64,000 bases of DNA from Pseudothermotoga sp. (GTDB taxonomy: Bacteria; Thermotogota; Thermotogae; Thermotogales; DSM-5069), in the NCBI GenBank assembly GCA_031962025.1, contig JAVRKW010000008.1; one strand, 5' to 3'. Each line of letters starts with the position of its first letter. Positions within the stretch are counted from its first letter, which is position 1. Under the pieces are notes generated by a model. That model was not told the origin of the DNA. It made no database searches and worked only from the letters and a program-made list of their open reading frames with translations. This document shows positions 47,634 through 59,700 of this stretch, one piece after another. The translations under genes and the position numbers were made by a program.

Positions 47634-47777
47634 GTTTCCTACCTATCAGGTGGCATCTAACGAAGTACCACCCGGGGGATCAACCGGGCTGTACCTCGTA
47701 TGATGCTTTATTTCAACTATTGAAGGTTGGAGCCAGTAGTAAAAACCAGTCACAACTAAGCCACCTTTCAATCTGTT
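47634..47777 (-). promoter_or_regulatory. Structured 5' leader with protector hairpin, antiterminator segment and 35-aa uORF (candidate attenuator or riboswitch)
   Basis: Long hairpin 47653-47706; ACAGCCCGGTT duplicated at 47682-47692 and in the terminator 3' arm; uORF GTG 47753 to TGA 47646. Confidence 0.6.
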
Positions 47778-47783
47778 TGCATA

Positions 47784-47812
47784 ATCATACTATGACAAAA
47801 ACTGTTTGTCAA
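47784..47812 (-). promoter_or_regulatory. sigma70-type promoter with overlapping palindromic operator
   Basis: TTGACA-17 nt-TATGAT; TGACAAA-N5-TTTGTCA inverted repeat at 47793-47811. Confidence 0.8.
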
Positions 47813-47819
47813 GAGTCAA

Positions 47820-49151
47820 TCACAACCCACTACCTGCCACATCGATATTTTCAATCAAAACAGATGGGAAATAATTAGAACCTGAAACCAGTTCCGAATC
47901 ATTGCCAACTTCTTCAATCTTTTTGAGCAGCTCAAGAATATTTCCAGAAATGGTTATCTGCTCAACAGGCTTTACAATTACACCGTTTTCAACATAATAT
48001 CCCAGTGCACTGACGGAAAACTCTCCAGATACGGTCCTGACTCCTGAGTGCAAACCATCAAGAGCAGTTATTATCAAGCCTTTATCGAGTTGTTTTATCA
48101 GCTCTTCATAGGTTTTGTTTCCCGCTTTGACAACGACATTCAGTGGGACACATTTATAAGTGAAGACATTGCCAGTTGGTTTGACGTTGTCTTTTTTCGC
48201 AGATTTCAACGAGTGAAAATACGTTGTCAGAATACCCTGATCGATGAAAGACTTTCTCCTTGTGGGAACACCTTCATTGTCAAACGATCTCTTTATCGGT
48301 GCTTTTTCAAAAAATGGATCATCTACAACGGTGAGTTTCTCACTGGCAATTTTCGAGTTGAGTTTGCCTTTCAATGGAGACAGACCTTTTTGAACTGATT
48401 CCGCCGAAAAGATCGGCATGAAGGCTGAAAACAGTTCCGAAAAGACATCACGCCTGAGAATCGCCCTGTACTTACCACTTGGAATGCTCTCTGCTCCAAG
48501 TTGAGAAAGTGCTTCCTGCGCCGCCTCAGCAACTATCTTCTCTGGATCGATCTGGTCCGGTTTTGATCCAAATTGAACCTTGAAGCCTCTTTTTGGTTTC
48601 TTGCCATCTGATGCAACAAGATACAGATAAGCCACACCAAGACCTGCGCTTTCCGAAAGATCGAGTCCTTTTGTGTTGAATATACAAATCTCATACTTTT
48701 CGTGAGAATATGCACTCATAATTACCATCGCAATGCGCCTGTCGCGCGCCATCGCTTTCTGCTCCATAGCCTTTGCAAGGTCGATTTTGCTCTTAACTGG
48801 AACTTTTTCAAATTCATCTTCAAAATGCTGCGGCTCGAGATACTCACCAGAACCATTATGAACAGAATCTTCTTCCAGCGTATCTGTCACAAGAAGATTC
48901 TCATAGGCACTATCCACCAGAAATTCAGCAGATTTTTCATCGATGATTTCACACGATGAGAAAGCGGCTTTTGAACCTTTGAGCCCTTTGAATGTAACTT
49001 GGAAAGAATCTGCATCGGTGTAATTGTCAACATTTTGTTTGCTCACAACTACGCCAAATTCCCTGTTTCTCATAAAACGCAGTTCACACTCATCAAAACC
49101 CTTCTTTTTTGCATAAGAAAAAACTCTGTCTTTGAAATCTTCTATTCTCAT
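47820..49151 (-). CDS. pmbA: TldE/PmbA family protein
   Basis: FDNEGVPT, LTTYFHS, GEFSVSA, EQITISGN..ELLK; no HExxxH; follows tldD. Confidence 0.88.
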   Translation of the reverse strand: MRIEDFKDRVFSYAKKKGFDECELRFMRNREFGVVVSKQNVDNYTDADSFQVTFKGLKGSKAAFSSCEIIDEKSAEFLVDSAYENLLVTDTLEEDSVHNGSGEYLEPQHFEDEFEKVPVKSKIDLAKAMEQKAMARDRRIAMVIMSAYSHEKYEICIFNTKGLDLSESAGLGVAYLYLVASDGKKPKRGFKVQFGSKPDQIDPEKIVAEAAQEALSQLGAESIPSGKYRAILRRDVFSELFSAFMPIFSAESVQKGLSPLKGKLNSKIASEKLTVVDDPFFEKAPIKRSFDNEGVPTRRKSFIDQGILTTYFHSLKSAKKDNVKPTGNVFTYKCVPLNVVVKAGNKTYEELIKQLDKGLIITALDGLHSGVRTVSGEFSVSALGYYVENGVIVKPVEQITISGNILELLKKIEEVGNDSELVSGSNYFPSVLIENIDVAGSGL

Positions 49152-50536
49152 TTGCTTCGCCCCCCAACTATGAGCTCAGTCACCCTGATCGTTGGCTGCC
49201 CAACATCTGCCGGGATGCTACCAGAAATAGAACCGCACATTCCCTGACCACGTTCCAGGTCATTTCCAACCATATCAATCTTTTGTATTACTTCAGAACC
49301 TTTACCTATGAGCGTTGCGCCGCGAACAGGTTTGGTTATCCTGCCTTTTTCTATCAGATATCCTTCTGCAACGGCAAAATTGAATTCGCCTGTGGCTGGA
49401 TGTACCGAACCACCGCCCATTCTCTTTGCGTATAATCCATATTCTGTTGCGGAGATTATCTCTTCTGGTAAATACTTTCCTGGAAGGATGAAGGTGTTGC
49501 TCATTCTCGAAGTTGGTGCAAATTTGTAATTTTGCCTTCTGCCACATCCATTGGGCTGAATACCCATCTTTCGTGCATGGAACCGATCAACCAGGTATGT
49601 TTTGAGAATACCATTTTCTATGAGCAAATTTCTTCGTGTCGGGATTCCTTCGTCGTCTATGTTGTTAGATCCCCACGCATTCGGTATTGTGCCGTCATCA
49701 ACAGCAGAGACACATTCTGATGCTATCTTCTGACCTATCTTACCTGCAAAGACAGACGCACCTTTTGCAACAGAAGTCGCTTCCAGTGCGTGACCACATG
49801 CCTCATGAAAGATAACCCCACCAAAGGCATTTGCAATGACAACCGGCATTTTACCGGCAGGTGCATATTCTGCTCTGACCATTCTGTCTGCGATTCTTGC
49901 CGCTTCAACACCCACGCTGTAAGGATCAATTATGTTAAAGAACTCGATTCCCATGGCTGCCCCCGGACCGAAAAATCCAGATTCCTGTTCTGAATCCTTT
50001 GATGCAACAGCGTTGACCATTAACCTCGTCCTGACACGACGATCCTGTGAGATCAACCCTTCTGAATTTGCTATGAAGACCTTCTGGTCATAATCCCAGT
50101 ATCTCACAACAACCTGACTTATGAGACTTGAATAATTTTTTGCCCCTTCGTGTGCCTTTTTCATCACTCTGACTTTTTCAGACTTTGAAACCTCCTGAGG
50201 ATAGAAAAAAACAATATGGGAGTTTTTGACATCTTCTTTGATCATGTTAATCGATCTTTCAAAATTACCTTGGATTTCAAGGGCATCTATCAATCTATCG
50301 AGCATCAAAAAAAGCTGATTTTGTGAAAAATCATTTGTGTAGGCATAAACCTGCTGCTCACCCTTGAAAATCCTCAAGCCAATCCCAAACTCACGCCCAC
50401 TGCTTGCTGTCTCTACCCTGCCATCGATCATCGTCATCTCTGTGCTCACTCTGTCTTCTGCAAAAATCTCCACAAAATCTGCTCCCTTGCTGATGCCTTT
50501 GTTAATCAACCCCTCAACGACTTTGCTGTCTATCAA
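49148..50536 (-). CDS. tldD: TldD family metalloprotease
   Basis: GVIFHEACGHALE, DDEG, PTSRMSNT, GMCGS.SG..P..VGQP. Confidence 0.93.
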   Translation of the reverse strand: MIDSKVVEGLINKGISKGADFVEIFAEDRVSTEMTMIDGRVETASSGREFGIGLRIFKGEQQVYAYTNDFSQNQLFLMLDRLIDALEIQGNFERSINMIKEDVKNSHIVFFYPQEVSKSEKVRVMKKAHEGAKNYSSLISQVVVRYWDYDQKVFIANSEGLISQDRRVRTRLMVNAVASKDSEQESGFFGPGAAMGIEFFNIIDPYSVGVEAARIADRMVRAEYAPAGKMPVVIANAFGGVIFHEACGHALEATSVAKGASVFAGKIGQKIASECVSAVDDGTIPNAWGSNNIDDEGIPTRRNLLIENGILKTYLVDRFHARKMGIQPNGCGRRQNYKFAPTSRMSNTFILPGKYLPEEIISATEYGLYAKRMGGGSVHPATGEFNFAVAEGYLIEKGRITKPVRGATLIGKGSEVIQKIDMVGNDLERGQGMCGSISGSIPADVGQPTIRVTELIVGGRSK

Positions 50537-50628
50537 ATAACTCACCTCCTACAGTAATTGTACCACTCAATTTCTTAGCAGAGCTAACTAAACCATTATC
50601 TGCTAAAATCAACCACAGAGGTGAAAAA

Positions 50629-51702
50629 GTGGAATTTGTAGCTTTATGCAGTGCGGGACTTGAAGGTGCCGTTTGCGCCGAGTTAAGAAAACTTGGCTTG
50701 AAAATAAAAATGGTCACAGCAGGACACGTACATTTTTATGGACAGCTACAAGATATCCCCGAACTGAACTTGAAACTGAACAGCGCAGATAGAATAATGA
50801 TACTCATGGCATCCTTCCAGGCTCAGAATTTTGACGATCTTTACAGTGGAACCTACAGCGCACAGTGGCAGCAGATTGTTCACAAACACGGAAATCTCAC
50901 GGTTGAAAAGGTCAAGGTTAGAAACTCAAAACTTTCTGCAACCGGTGCCATTGCATCTGTTGTAAAAAAAGCCATTTACAACAGAATAAAGTCCGATGGT
51001 ACGACCGATGGAAGAAATTACCCTTTGTATATTTATCTGAAAAATGACATTGCATCAGTGATGATTGATACGACAGGAAAAGATGCGTTGAACAAAAGAG
51101 GATATAGAATCAAAACCTCGGCTGCACCGCTGCGTGAAACAATAGCAGCAGCATTGATTTTGCTCAGTCACTGGGATGAGAAAACCACTCTTGTGGATCC
51201 ATTCTGCGGAAGTGGCACAATACCAATCGAAGCTGCAAGAATGAGTCTTAAGATTTTAAACAACAAAAGATCTTTTGCCTTCCAGCAATGGCCCATATTC
51301 AGTGATTTTTCCATCAACATCACAGAAAATTCCAGCACAAATCACATCATTGCCATGGGTTTTGATAAAGACAAACAGATACTCAAAGTTGCAAGCCAGA
51401 ATGCTCAGAGAGCTGGTGTGAAAAACAATATAATCTTCCAGAATATAGCTTTTGAAGATCTAAAGACATTCAAAGGTCGTTTTCACGTCTTGACCAATCC
51501 ACCTTTTGGAATCAGATTGAAAGAAGGTGATTCAAAATTTTACAGAAACCTTCCAAGGTTGAGAGAGCTGTTTTTAGATTCAAAGGTCTGTCTGATCACG
51601 CCAAAAGAAGATCTGGAAAAATTCTTTGGTGAAAAGGCAGTCAAGAAATTCAGGTTTCAGAACAGCGGTATCTGGACATGGTGTTACATTTTTGATAAAT
51701 AA
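50629..51702 (+). CDS. THUMP-domain rRNA (guanine-N2) methyltransferase, RlmL-like
   Basis: GLEG..AEL, LNKRGYR, APLRETIAAA, DPFCGSGTIPIEAA, NPPFG. Confidence 0.88.
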   Translation: MEFVALCSAGLEGAVCAELRKLGLKIKMVTAGHVHFYGQLQDIPELNLKLNSADRIMILMASFQAQNFDDLYSGTYSAQWQQIVHKHGNLTVEKVKVRNSKLSATGAIASVVKKAIYNRIKSDGTTDGRNYPLYIYLKNDIASVMIDTTGKDALNKRGYRIKTSAAPLRETIAAALILLSHWDEKTTLVDPFCGSGTIPIEAARMSLKILNNKRSFAFQQWPIFSDFSINITENSSTNHIIAMGFDKDKQILKVASQNAQRAGVKNNIIFQNIAFEDLKTFKGRFHVLTNPPFGIRLKEGDSKFYRNLPRLRELFLDSKVCLITPKEDLEKFFGEKAVKKFRFQNSGIWTWCYIFDK

Positions 51703-51725
51703 AAAAGGGGCAAATGCCCCTTTTT
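51701..51725. terminator. Bidirectional intrinsic terminator between convergent rlmL-like gene and rpoC
   Basis: AAAAAAGGGGC-AAAT-GCCCCTTTTT. Confidence 0.85.
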
Positions 51726-54700
51726 ATGCCATCTTTTCAGCTTCTGCCGCTCTTGGAGTTTCTTCTATCTGGATATTCGCAAAGGTCTCAAGACCGGTAC
51801 CCGCAGGTATGAGCTGACCGACTATGACATTTTCTTTCAAACCTTCTAAGAAGTCTACACTACCTTCCACAGCAGCTTCTGTGAGAACCTGAGGTGTCTG
51901 TTGGAACGACGCGGCGCTCAGCCATCCTTTTTGTTCCAAGGAAGCCTTTGTTATTCTCAAAAGTCTTCTTCTGTATCTCATAGGTTCTTTCGGTGCTATC
52001 TGATAGAAAGTTGGTTTGCCCTCGTCGTAGATACAGACTTCTTTTACTCCTGCCTGAATCGCTTTCTCAAGTACTTCTTCAACCAGTTCTGTTCCTTCGG
52101 CTGCTATTTCCTCGATCTGATCACCAATCTTTGCAACTATCTTTTTTGCGAGAATCTTACCAAGCACAAAATTCTTGTTGCTCTGAACATTTGCATTGGC
52201 TTTCAATATCTCTTCGTTTATTTTCTCGGCTTCGGAAATAGCCAGAAGTTGACCGGGTAAGTAGTCTGTATCACCTGGATCGATGACTTCAACCTTTCCA
52301 AGCATCTGTTTTATGATGATCTCAAAGTGTTTATCGTGTATTTCAACACCCTGTTCCACGTAAACCTTCTGCGTTTCCGTGAGTAAATACATTGCTGTCG
52401 CCTCAACTCCAAGAGTATCCATCAACTTTCTCAATCTCACAGCGCCGGTTGTTAGCATCATACCCGGTAATACCTTCTGTCCTACTCTAACCTTGACCTT
52501 TGTTTTGTCGGGGACTTCATACTCGTGTATACCGCCAAGGTAATCCTCGATGTATACCTTCTGTTTACCGTCAACATCCTTTATATCTTTCACAAAACCG
52601 GCTTGTAGAGCGAAAACTCCTTCTGGCTCTTTGAGCTTTTTCCTTGCTTCGAAAAGCTCCTCTGCTCTCGGTAGACCTTGTGTGATGTCGGCAGTTGTTG
52701 CTATACCACCTGTGTGGAATGTTCTCATCGTAAGCTGAGTTCCCGGCTCACCTATAGACTGCGCGGCAATTATACCCACTGCTTCACCAACCTGCACGAT
52801 CTTGTGGTTAGACAGATCCATACCATAACACATCGCGCAGACTCCTTTTTCAGCTTCACATGTGAGCACAGAGCGAATGTAGATATTCGGTCTCACCATG
52901 ACACGACTGATGCCATTTTCTTCGAGTAATTTTGCCGTCGTTTCGTCTATTTCTTCCTGAAACACAAGTAGCTGTTTTTCTCCTTTGTTGTCATTCAAAT
53001 CCTGCTGTGAAATAGTCCCTACTACCGGGTACATTTTTATCTTCAAAGATCTTCTGCCTGCGTTTCTTGCCGTTCTCACAACATCCCATGTGAGTTCTGT
53101 TCCCACTTCTAAATAAGTACCATCTGTTCGTACCTCTTCTGCCAGTTCAGAGTAACAGTGAGGCAAGTGCAAGCTCTGTAAATCCAGCGTCTGTTCAACA
53201 CAAACTGGAACAGACACAGTGTAATTTGCAAGAAATTCGGCATCGTCATCAGAAAGCATTGTGTTTCTGAGATATTCTCTACCGGTCTGTGGATTTTTCA
53301 CAACCTCTCCGGTCAGTGGATCAAGGACATCTTTTGCCAGAGTCCTTCCAAAGAGAAAATCTTTCAGTTTTTGTACATCCAAATTGTCACTGCTCACGAG
53401 TTTAATGGCTTTTATACCATTTTCTGTACCACAATCGGTTGTTGTTATGACCACACTCTGAGAAACATCCACCAATCTGCGTGTTAAATAACCAGCCGAA
53501 GATGTTCTCAATGCTGTGTCTGCCGCACCTTTTCTTGCACCGTGCGTTGAGATGAAAAATTCCATGCTGGTTAGACCTTCACGGAAGTTTGAAATGATCG
53601 GTATTTCGATAGTTCTACCAGATGGGTCTGCCATCAATCCGCGCATTCCCGCAAGTTGTTTGACCTGATCTATGTTACCCCTTGCACCTGAATTAACCAT
53701 CATATACACCGGATTGAACGGATTTTCACCAAGAGCACTGTAAGTTGCATTCTGAACATCTTCTGTGGCTTTGTTCCATACCTTTATTATTTCTCTGTAT
53801 CTTTCCTCAAAATTGAGAAATCCCTCGTTGAACTGATCTTCAATGTACTCCACTTTCTGTCTGGCTTGTTCAATTATCTGGTTTTTCTTCGGTGACACTA
53901 TTAAGTCTTTTAGAGAAATCGTCAGTCCGGAAACTGTGGCATAATGGAAGCCAAGGTCTTTCATGTCGTCCAGTAAGTCTGCTGTGGCATCGATACCGTG
54001 TCGCTTGAAGGTATCATATATCACGTTTTTGATTTCTTTTTTGCCGAAGGTACGTTCATAATCTCTCAGGTCTGGCGGGATGATTTCGTTGAGAATGATC
54101 CTTCCAACTGTTGTTTTGACTATCTGTTCTTTATCATTAATTCTCACCTTCGCCAGTACCGGTGTGTGAAGCTTAACATATCCCAGAGAATATGCGAGTA
54201 CAGCCTCTTCAGTTGATCCAAAACGATATTTTATTTCCTGTGGTTTTACCTTATCAAAATCATTTCCTACAGCCGTCAGATAGTACACTCCGACGATTAT
54301 ATCCTTACCTGGCATCGATATCGGTTTTCCATGTGCCGGTGATATTATGTTATATCTGGAAAGCATCAAATATTTTGCTTCAGCCTGTGCAGCAGCCGAA
54401 AGTGGCACATGCACTGCCATCTGGTCACCATCGAAGTCAGCATTGAACGGTGGACAAACAAGCGGATGAAGCTGGATGGCATTACCTTCTATCAGCTTTG
54501 GCTCAAAAGCCTGTATGGACATCCTGTGAAGTGTAGGAGCTCTGTTGAGCAAAACCGGATGACCTTTTATAACCTCTTCAAGTATGTCCCATGCCTCAGG
54601 CATTTCTTTTTCTATTATTGCTTTTTTCATTTTACGAGCCGCTTTGCTTGACTCTCCACCTTCTTCAAGGAGTTTTGACAGGACGAATGGCTTGAACAAT

Positions 54701-56676
54701 TCCATAGCCATCTTCTTCGGCAGACCGCACTGATGTATCTTCAATTCAGGACCAACAACTATAACGGCTCTACCGGAATAGTCCACGCGTTTTCCCAGAA
54801 GATTTCGTCTGAATCTTCCCTTTTTACCCTTAACAAGATCAGTCAGAGATTTGAGCGCTCTACCATTTCTATCTGCAACAGCCTTACCAATCCTTCCGTT
54901 GTAAATGAGACTGTCAACTGCCTCCTGAAGCATTCTTTTTTCGTTTCTTATAATAATATCCGGCGCATTGAGCTCTAAGAGCCTTTTGAGCCTGTTGTTT
55001 CTGTTTATAACTCTTCGATAAAGATCGTTCAAATCTGTAGTGGCAAACCTGCCTCCATCTATCTGAATCATGGGTCTGAGTTCAGGTGGAATAACGGGTA
55101 CGACCTCCAGAACCATCCATTCTGGTCTTGCATTGGATTTGATCAAATCTTTCACGATCTTCAACCTCTTCAAAAGCTTCAACGCTCTTCCACTGCTCTT
55201 TGGAAGCTGGGACAGTTCTGATTCGATCTGCGCTTTGAGTTTTTCTAAATCGATTTTTTCGAGCAATTTTTTGACTGCTGTTGCACCATAGTGAGCCTCT
55301 ATCTTGCCAGGATACAGTTCTCTATAAGCTTCGTATTCACTCTCGGTTATGATCGAACCAACGGTTAAACCAGTTTTCTTTGAGAGCTCTTCATCGATTT
55401 CTGTGATGGCTACTATGGGCCTATCATTCTCAACCTCTGCCTCAACTGTGAATTGATCAGGATAGTGTTCCTGGAAAATCTTGTACTCGTGGGCAGACAG
55501 TACCTCGTCTTCAAACAGAAACCTATCTGCCAAATAATCTCCTGCCTTGACTGTATCACCGTCATTGACGTATGCCAGCGCACCTTCAAAGATTGGGTAT
55601 TGTTTTTCCTGAATGACCTGTTCGATATACAAAGTACCAGCCGAAAGAACTTCATAAGTGCCGTCTTCCATCGGTCTGACATTTAGATCTCTGCCGAAAA
55701 CCACCCTACCAGAACCCGGGCTCTGAACAGGCTGAATTGTACCGGCACTCAAAAGTTCATCGGCAGCTTTTACTTTGCTACCATTTTTGACCATTACCCT
55801 GACACAGTACGGAATAGTCACAGTAACAGGCTGTTCTTTGCTGGTAGCAAGTGGTTTGACTGTCATGGTAGAAGCGAGTTCGTCTATCTCAACAGATCCG
55901 TCAAAAGGCGCATAAAACGGCGGAATCTGTTTCTCAGCAACCAGAAGAGTGTCTTTTTCAACCATCTGGTCGTTTTTCACCAAAAGGATCATACCCGGTT
56001 GAAGTTGGATGGGTATACGCTGATTGTTTCGAACTATTATCCAGGTGATTTCCCTTCCAGTGTTACCTTTTTCAGTTTTAATTTTGATTTCACCGTCGAT
56101 ATCAGATACAACAGGCGATTTTGGATTTTTAACGGTAACTGCCATCTCTGCTTCAAAATCCAGAGCATTTTTGTAAATCTCATACTCGGTCTCATACAGC
56201 ACATCACCAGCAGCAAATTGAGTCTTTTTTGGGTCAATAATCACATAGGAACGCTCGATAATCCTTCTACTGCCGTGGTATATGATATTTTCAAGATCTC
56301 GTGCCGGTATATTCAACAGCGTGGAAAGCACGCTCGGACTGCTTTTCAAATACCATATATGTACAACTGGAGCTGCCAGTTCTATATGTCCCATCCTTTT
56401 TCGACGTGCTTCTTTGGATTCTACTCTCACACCGCATCTTTCACATACAGTTCCCTCGTATTTTTTGCCTTTGTACTTTCCACAAACGCATTCGTAATCT
56501 TTTGTCGGTCCGAAGATTTTCTCGCAAAACAATCCGTCACGTTCTGGCTTGAAAGATCTGTAATTGATGGTCTCAGGTTTTTTAACTTCTCCACTGGACC
56601 AGCTTCTTATTGTTTCAGCAGAAGCTATACCAACCTTGACAGATGCTATTTTTCTCTTAAAAGTAGATATCGCCAT
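51724..56676 (-). CDS. rpoC: RNA polymerase beta' subunit (1650 aa, with lineage-specific insertions)
   Basis: KPETINYR, Zn-binding Cys motif, [25 protein letters not shown]. Confidence 0.98.
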   Translation of the reverse strand: MAISTFKRKIASVKVGIASAETIRSWSSGEVKKPETINYRSFKPERDGLFCEKIFGPTKDYECVCGKYKGKKYEGTVCERCGVRVESKEARRKRMGHIELAAPVVHIWYLKSSPSVLSTLLNIPARDLENIIYHGSRRIIERSYVIIDPKKTQFAAGDVLYETEYEIYKNALDFEAEMAVTVKNPKSPVVSDIDGEIKIKTEKGNTGREITWIIVRNNQRIPIQLQPGMILLVKNDQMVEKDTLLVAEKQIPPFYAPFDGSVEIDELASTMTVKPLATSKEQPVTVTIPYCVRVMVKNGSKVKAADELLSAGTIQPVQSPGSGRVVFGRDLNVRPMEDGTYEVLSAGTLYIEQVIQEKQYPIFEGALAYVNDGDTVKAGDYLADRFLFEDEVLSAHEYKIFQEHYPDQFTVEAEVENDRPIVAITEIDEELSKKTGLTVGSIITESEYEAYRELYPGKIEAHYGATAVKKLLEKIDLEKLKAQIESELSQLPKSSGRALKLLKRLKIVKDLIKSNARPEWMVLEVVPVIPPELRPMIQIDGGRFATTDLNDLYRRVINRNNRLKRLLELNAPDIIIRNEKRMLQEAVDSLIYNGRIGKAVADRNGRALKSLTDLVKGKKGRFRRNLLGKRVDYSGRAVIVVGPELKIHQCGLPKKMAMELFKPFVLSKLLEEGGESSKAARKMKKAIIEKEMPEAWDILEEVIKGHPVLLNRAPTLHRMSIQAFEPKLIEGNAIQLHPLVCPPFNADFDGDQMAVHVPLSAAAQAEAKYLMLSRYNIISPAHGKPISMPGKDIIVGVYYLTAVGNDFDKVKPQEIKYRFGSTEEAVLAYSLGYVKLHTPVLAKVRINDKEQIVKTTVGRIILNEIIPPDLRDYERTFGKKEIKNVIYDTFKRHGIDATADLLDDMKDLGFHYATVSGLTISLKDLIVSPKKNQIIEQARQKVEYIEDQFNEGFLNFEERYREIIKVWNKATEDVQNATYSALGENPFNPVYMMVNSGARGNIDQVKQLAGMRGLMADPSGRTIEIPIISNFREGLTSMEFFISTHGARKGAADTALRTSSAGYLTRRLVDVSQSVVITTTDCGTENGIKAIKLVSSDNLDVQKLKDFLFGRTLAKDVLDPLTGEVVKNPQTGREYLRNTMLSDDDAEFLANYTVSVPVCVEQTLDLQSLHLPHCYSELAEEVRTDGTYLEVGTELTWDVVRTARNAGRRSLKIKMYPVVGTISQQDLNDNKGEKQLLVFQEEIDETTAKLLEENGISRVMVRPNIYIRSVLTCEAEKGVCAMCYGMDLSNHKIVQVGEAVGIIAAQSIGEPGTQLTMRTFHTGGIATTADITQGLPRAEELFEARKKLKEPEGVFALQAGFVKDIKDVDGKQKVYIEDYLGGIHEYEVPDKTKVKVRVGQKVLPGMMLTTGAVRLRKLMDTLGVEATAMYLLTETQKVYVEQGVEIHDKHFEIIIKQMLGKVEVIDPGDTDYLPGQLLAISEAEKINEEILKANANVQSNKNFVLGKILAKKIVAKIGDQIEEIAAEGTELVEEVLEKAIQAGVKEVCIYDEGKPTFYQIAPKEPMRYRRRLLRITKASLEQKGWLSAASFQQTPQVLTEAAVEGSVDFLEGLKENVIVGQLIPAGTGLETFANIQIEETPRAAEAEKMA

Positions 56677-56702
56677 TTATTTTTCCCTCCTCGGCAACCT
56701 TT

Positions 56703-59700
56703 TCAAACCCGGTCGATATCGACTTCGTTGCCACTTTCATCAAAAACTCTCACATCGAGTGCCAATCCTCTGAGTTCTTTTATCAGCACGCGGAAGCTTT
56801 CAGGTATACCGGGTTCAGGTATGTTCTTGCCTTTGAGGATAGCCTTGTAAACCTCATTTCGACCCTTGATGTCATCAGATTTAATTGTCAGCATTTCGTT
56901 GAGAGTATGCGCGGCTCCATGGGCTTCCAGTGCCCAGACTTCCATTTCACCAAATCTCTGGCCACCGAACTGGGCTTTACCACCGAGTGGTTGCTGGTGT
57001 ATCAAAGAATAAGGACCAGTAGCACGAGCGTGTATCTTGTCTTTTGCGATGTGAATGAGTTTCATCATGTAGATACATCCAACGACTATAGGCTCGGCAA
57101 ATGGTTCTCCTGTTCTACCGTCTCTGAGCACGACTTTACCGGTAGTTTCCTGTTCGCTGTCTCCCTCATCAAGCCCAAGAACTCGTCTTTCTTCATAGAG
57201 CCACGGAAGAATTTCGTTCTCTTTGGCACCGTCAAAAACAGGCGTTGCAAACCAGTTGTTTGTCAACTTTGCCAGCCATCCAAGATGAGTCTCCAGAATC
57301 TGTCCCACATTCATTCTCGACGGAACACCAAGTGGGCTGAGAACTATCTGGACAGGTGTACCATCCGGTAAGAATGGCATATCTTCCTTCGGCAGGATTT
57401 TGGAAACCACACCTTTGTTTCCATGCCTTCCTGCAAGCTTATCTCCAACTTCAAGTGTTTTTCTGCATGCAACATAGACTTTCACAAGCTTGTTAACACC
57501 TGCTCCAAGGTCCGCTACATCTTCTTTGTCGAACACTTTTACATCTATGACCCTTCCGTCGGTTCCGTGAGGTAATCTGAGTGATGTATCTTTGACGTCC
57601 TTACCGCGTTCACCAAAGACAGACCTTATGATCTTCTCTTCGGGAGTCGTTTCACCCTCACCCTTTGGTGTTACTTTACCAACAAGGATGTCCTGCGGTC
57701 CAACATAAGCACCTACTCTGACGATACCATTCTCATCGAGGTTTCTCAAAAGCTCTTTGCTTACGTTCGGAATATCTACTGTTATTTCTTCAGGACCAAG
57801 TCTTGTATCCCGAGCCTGAGTTTCATAAACTTCGATATGAACGGATGTGAATGCGTCTTCCTCCAGAAGCTCCTCGCTTACAAGGATCGCATCTTCAAAG
57901 TTATAACCTTCCCATGGCATAAAGGCTACCAGCACATTTTTACCCAGGGCAAGCTCTCCCATATCCGTTGCAGGACCGTCAGCAATGACATCCCCTGCTT
58001 TCACCACATCTCCTATATTGACTATTGGTCTTTGATTCACCGTTGTATCCTGGTTGGTGCGTATGAATTTCATCAAATGATACTCATCCAGAACTGGCTT
58101 GCCATCTTTGACAACAGGTTTACCATCTTTATCGATTCTCTCAATGACAATTCTTCTTGCGTCAACTTTTCTGACTATTCCATCGTGCTTGGCTAACACA
58201 ACATAACCTGAATATAAAGCCGCATCGTATTCAATACCAGTAGCAACAAATGGTGCCTCTGGTTTTACAAGTGGCACAGCCTGTCTTTGCATGTTGGAAC
58301 CCATCAGAGCCCTATTGGCGTCATCATGTTCGAGAAATGGAATAAGCGCTGTAGAAACACTCACAATTTGTTTGGTTGAAACATCCATGAATTGAACTCT
58401 TTCTCTATCAACATACTGAACTCTTTCCATGAATCTCACAGGTACTTTTTCATCCACTATGTTCCCATCTTTGTCAACTTTCACTGTGCATGGAGCAATG
58501 TTATAGTGTTCTTCTTCATCCGCTGTAAGATAAACTATCTGGTCTGTCACACGACCGTTGACAACTTTCCTGTAAGGTGTTGTCAGAAAGCCGAACTTAT
58601 CAAGATCTGCGTACACTGCCAGAGATGTTATCAAACCTATATTCGCACCTTCAGGTGTTTCTATGGGGCACATTCTTCCATAGTGAGAATGATGAACATC
58701 TCTGACCTCAAATCTGGCTCTTTCGCGTTTCAACCCACCTGGTCCCACAGCAGTCAAACGGCGTTTGTGAGTCAACTCTGCCAGAGGGTTCACCTGTTCC
58801 ATAAACTGTGAAAGCGGGCTGGTGGCAAAAAACTGGTTGATACTTGCAATTATGGTTTTGACATTTATCAAACTCTGGACAGATATCTTGTCCAGTGAAT
58901 TATAAAGGGTCAAACGTTCCTGTATCAATCTCTGAGCGCGGGAAAAAGCCCTTTCAAATTCAAGTCTTATCAATTCACCAACGGTTCTCACTCTTTTGTT
59001 TCCAAGATGGTCCTTTGTGTCCATTATCTCCGGATTCCTGCTGACATCCAGTAAATATCTTGTGGCAAGAACAATATCAAGTGTCGTGAGAACAGGATCT
59101 GTAGACTCGTAATCTCTCTTCTCAGCCTCTTTTTCTGGAACTCCCTCAATCTGCACAAGGTATTTTTTATATGCCTGATTCAATCTTTTATTTATTTTGT
59201 ATCTTCCAACATCTGACAGTTCAAATCTCTCGGTATTGAAATATAGTCCTGCAAGATAAGCTCTGGCTGCATTAACTCTTGGAATCTCTCCAGGCTTTAG
59301 TTTTCTAAATATCTCCATGTGTGCTTTGTCCGAATCAACTTCACCATAGGAATCTATCATCTTTTCAAGTGTTTTCTGTGCCGCGGGATGTGCCCTCACT
59401 ATAGTTGACAGTTTCGACTCTAAAATGGCTTTTGCAGCGGCTTTGGTCAGAACACCACCTTTTTCAACTACCTTTTCTCCATCGATGACAACATCTTGCA
59501 GGATAATCGAGCCAACAGCCTTTTCCATGGTGTATTCATCATCAGCATCTATTTGCTCGGGGAAAAGCTCCAAGATTTTCAAATTATCTTCATAACCAAG
59601 TGCTTTGAACAACAGGAAAAGATTTATTCGTCTTTTGCGGTCGATCCTTGCGTAGAACATATTTTCTGCCGTGTGATAGAGTATTTCCAGCCAGGCACCT

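Noticed and set aside
47655-47675. GGGTGGTAC resembling a T-box antiterminator bulge
   Set aside because: It reads UGGUACU rather than UGGNACC, no stem I with AG/GA motifs is evident, and the sequence sits inside a continuous hairpin instead of pairing with the terminator 5' arm.
47599-47777. Stand-alone 6S/SRP RNA or a known riboswitch (lysine, SAM, TPP, ZTP, c-di-AMP)
   Set aside because: Only short chance matches were found by eye, and the terminator abuts the SBP SD, which favours a cis-acting leader. A cmscan is still needed.
55999-56850. 283-aa plus-strand ORF, and the other small antisense ORFs in the track
   Set aside because: Shadows of rpoC/rpoB and other well-supported genes.
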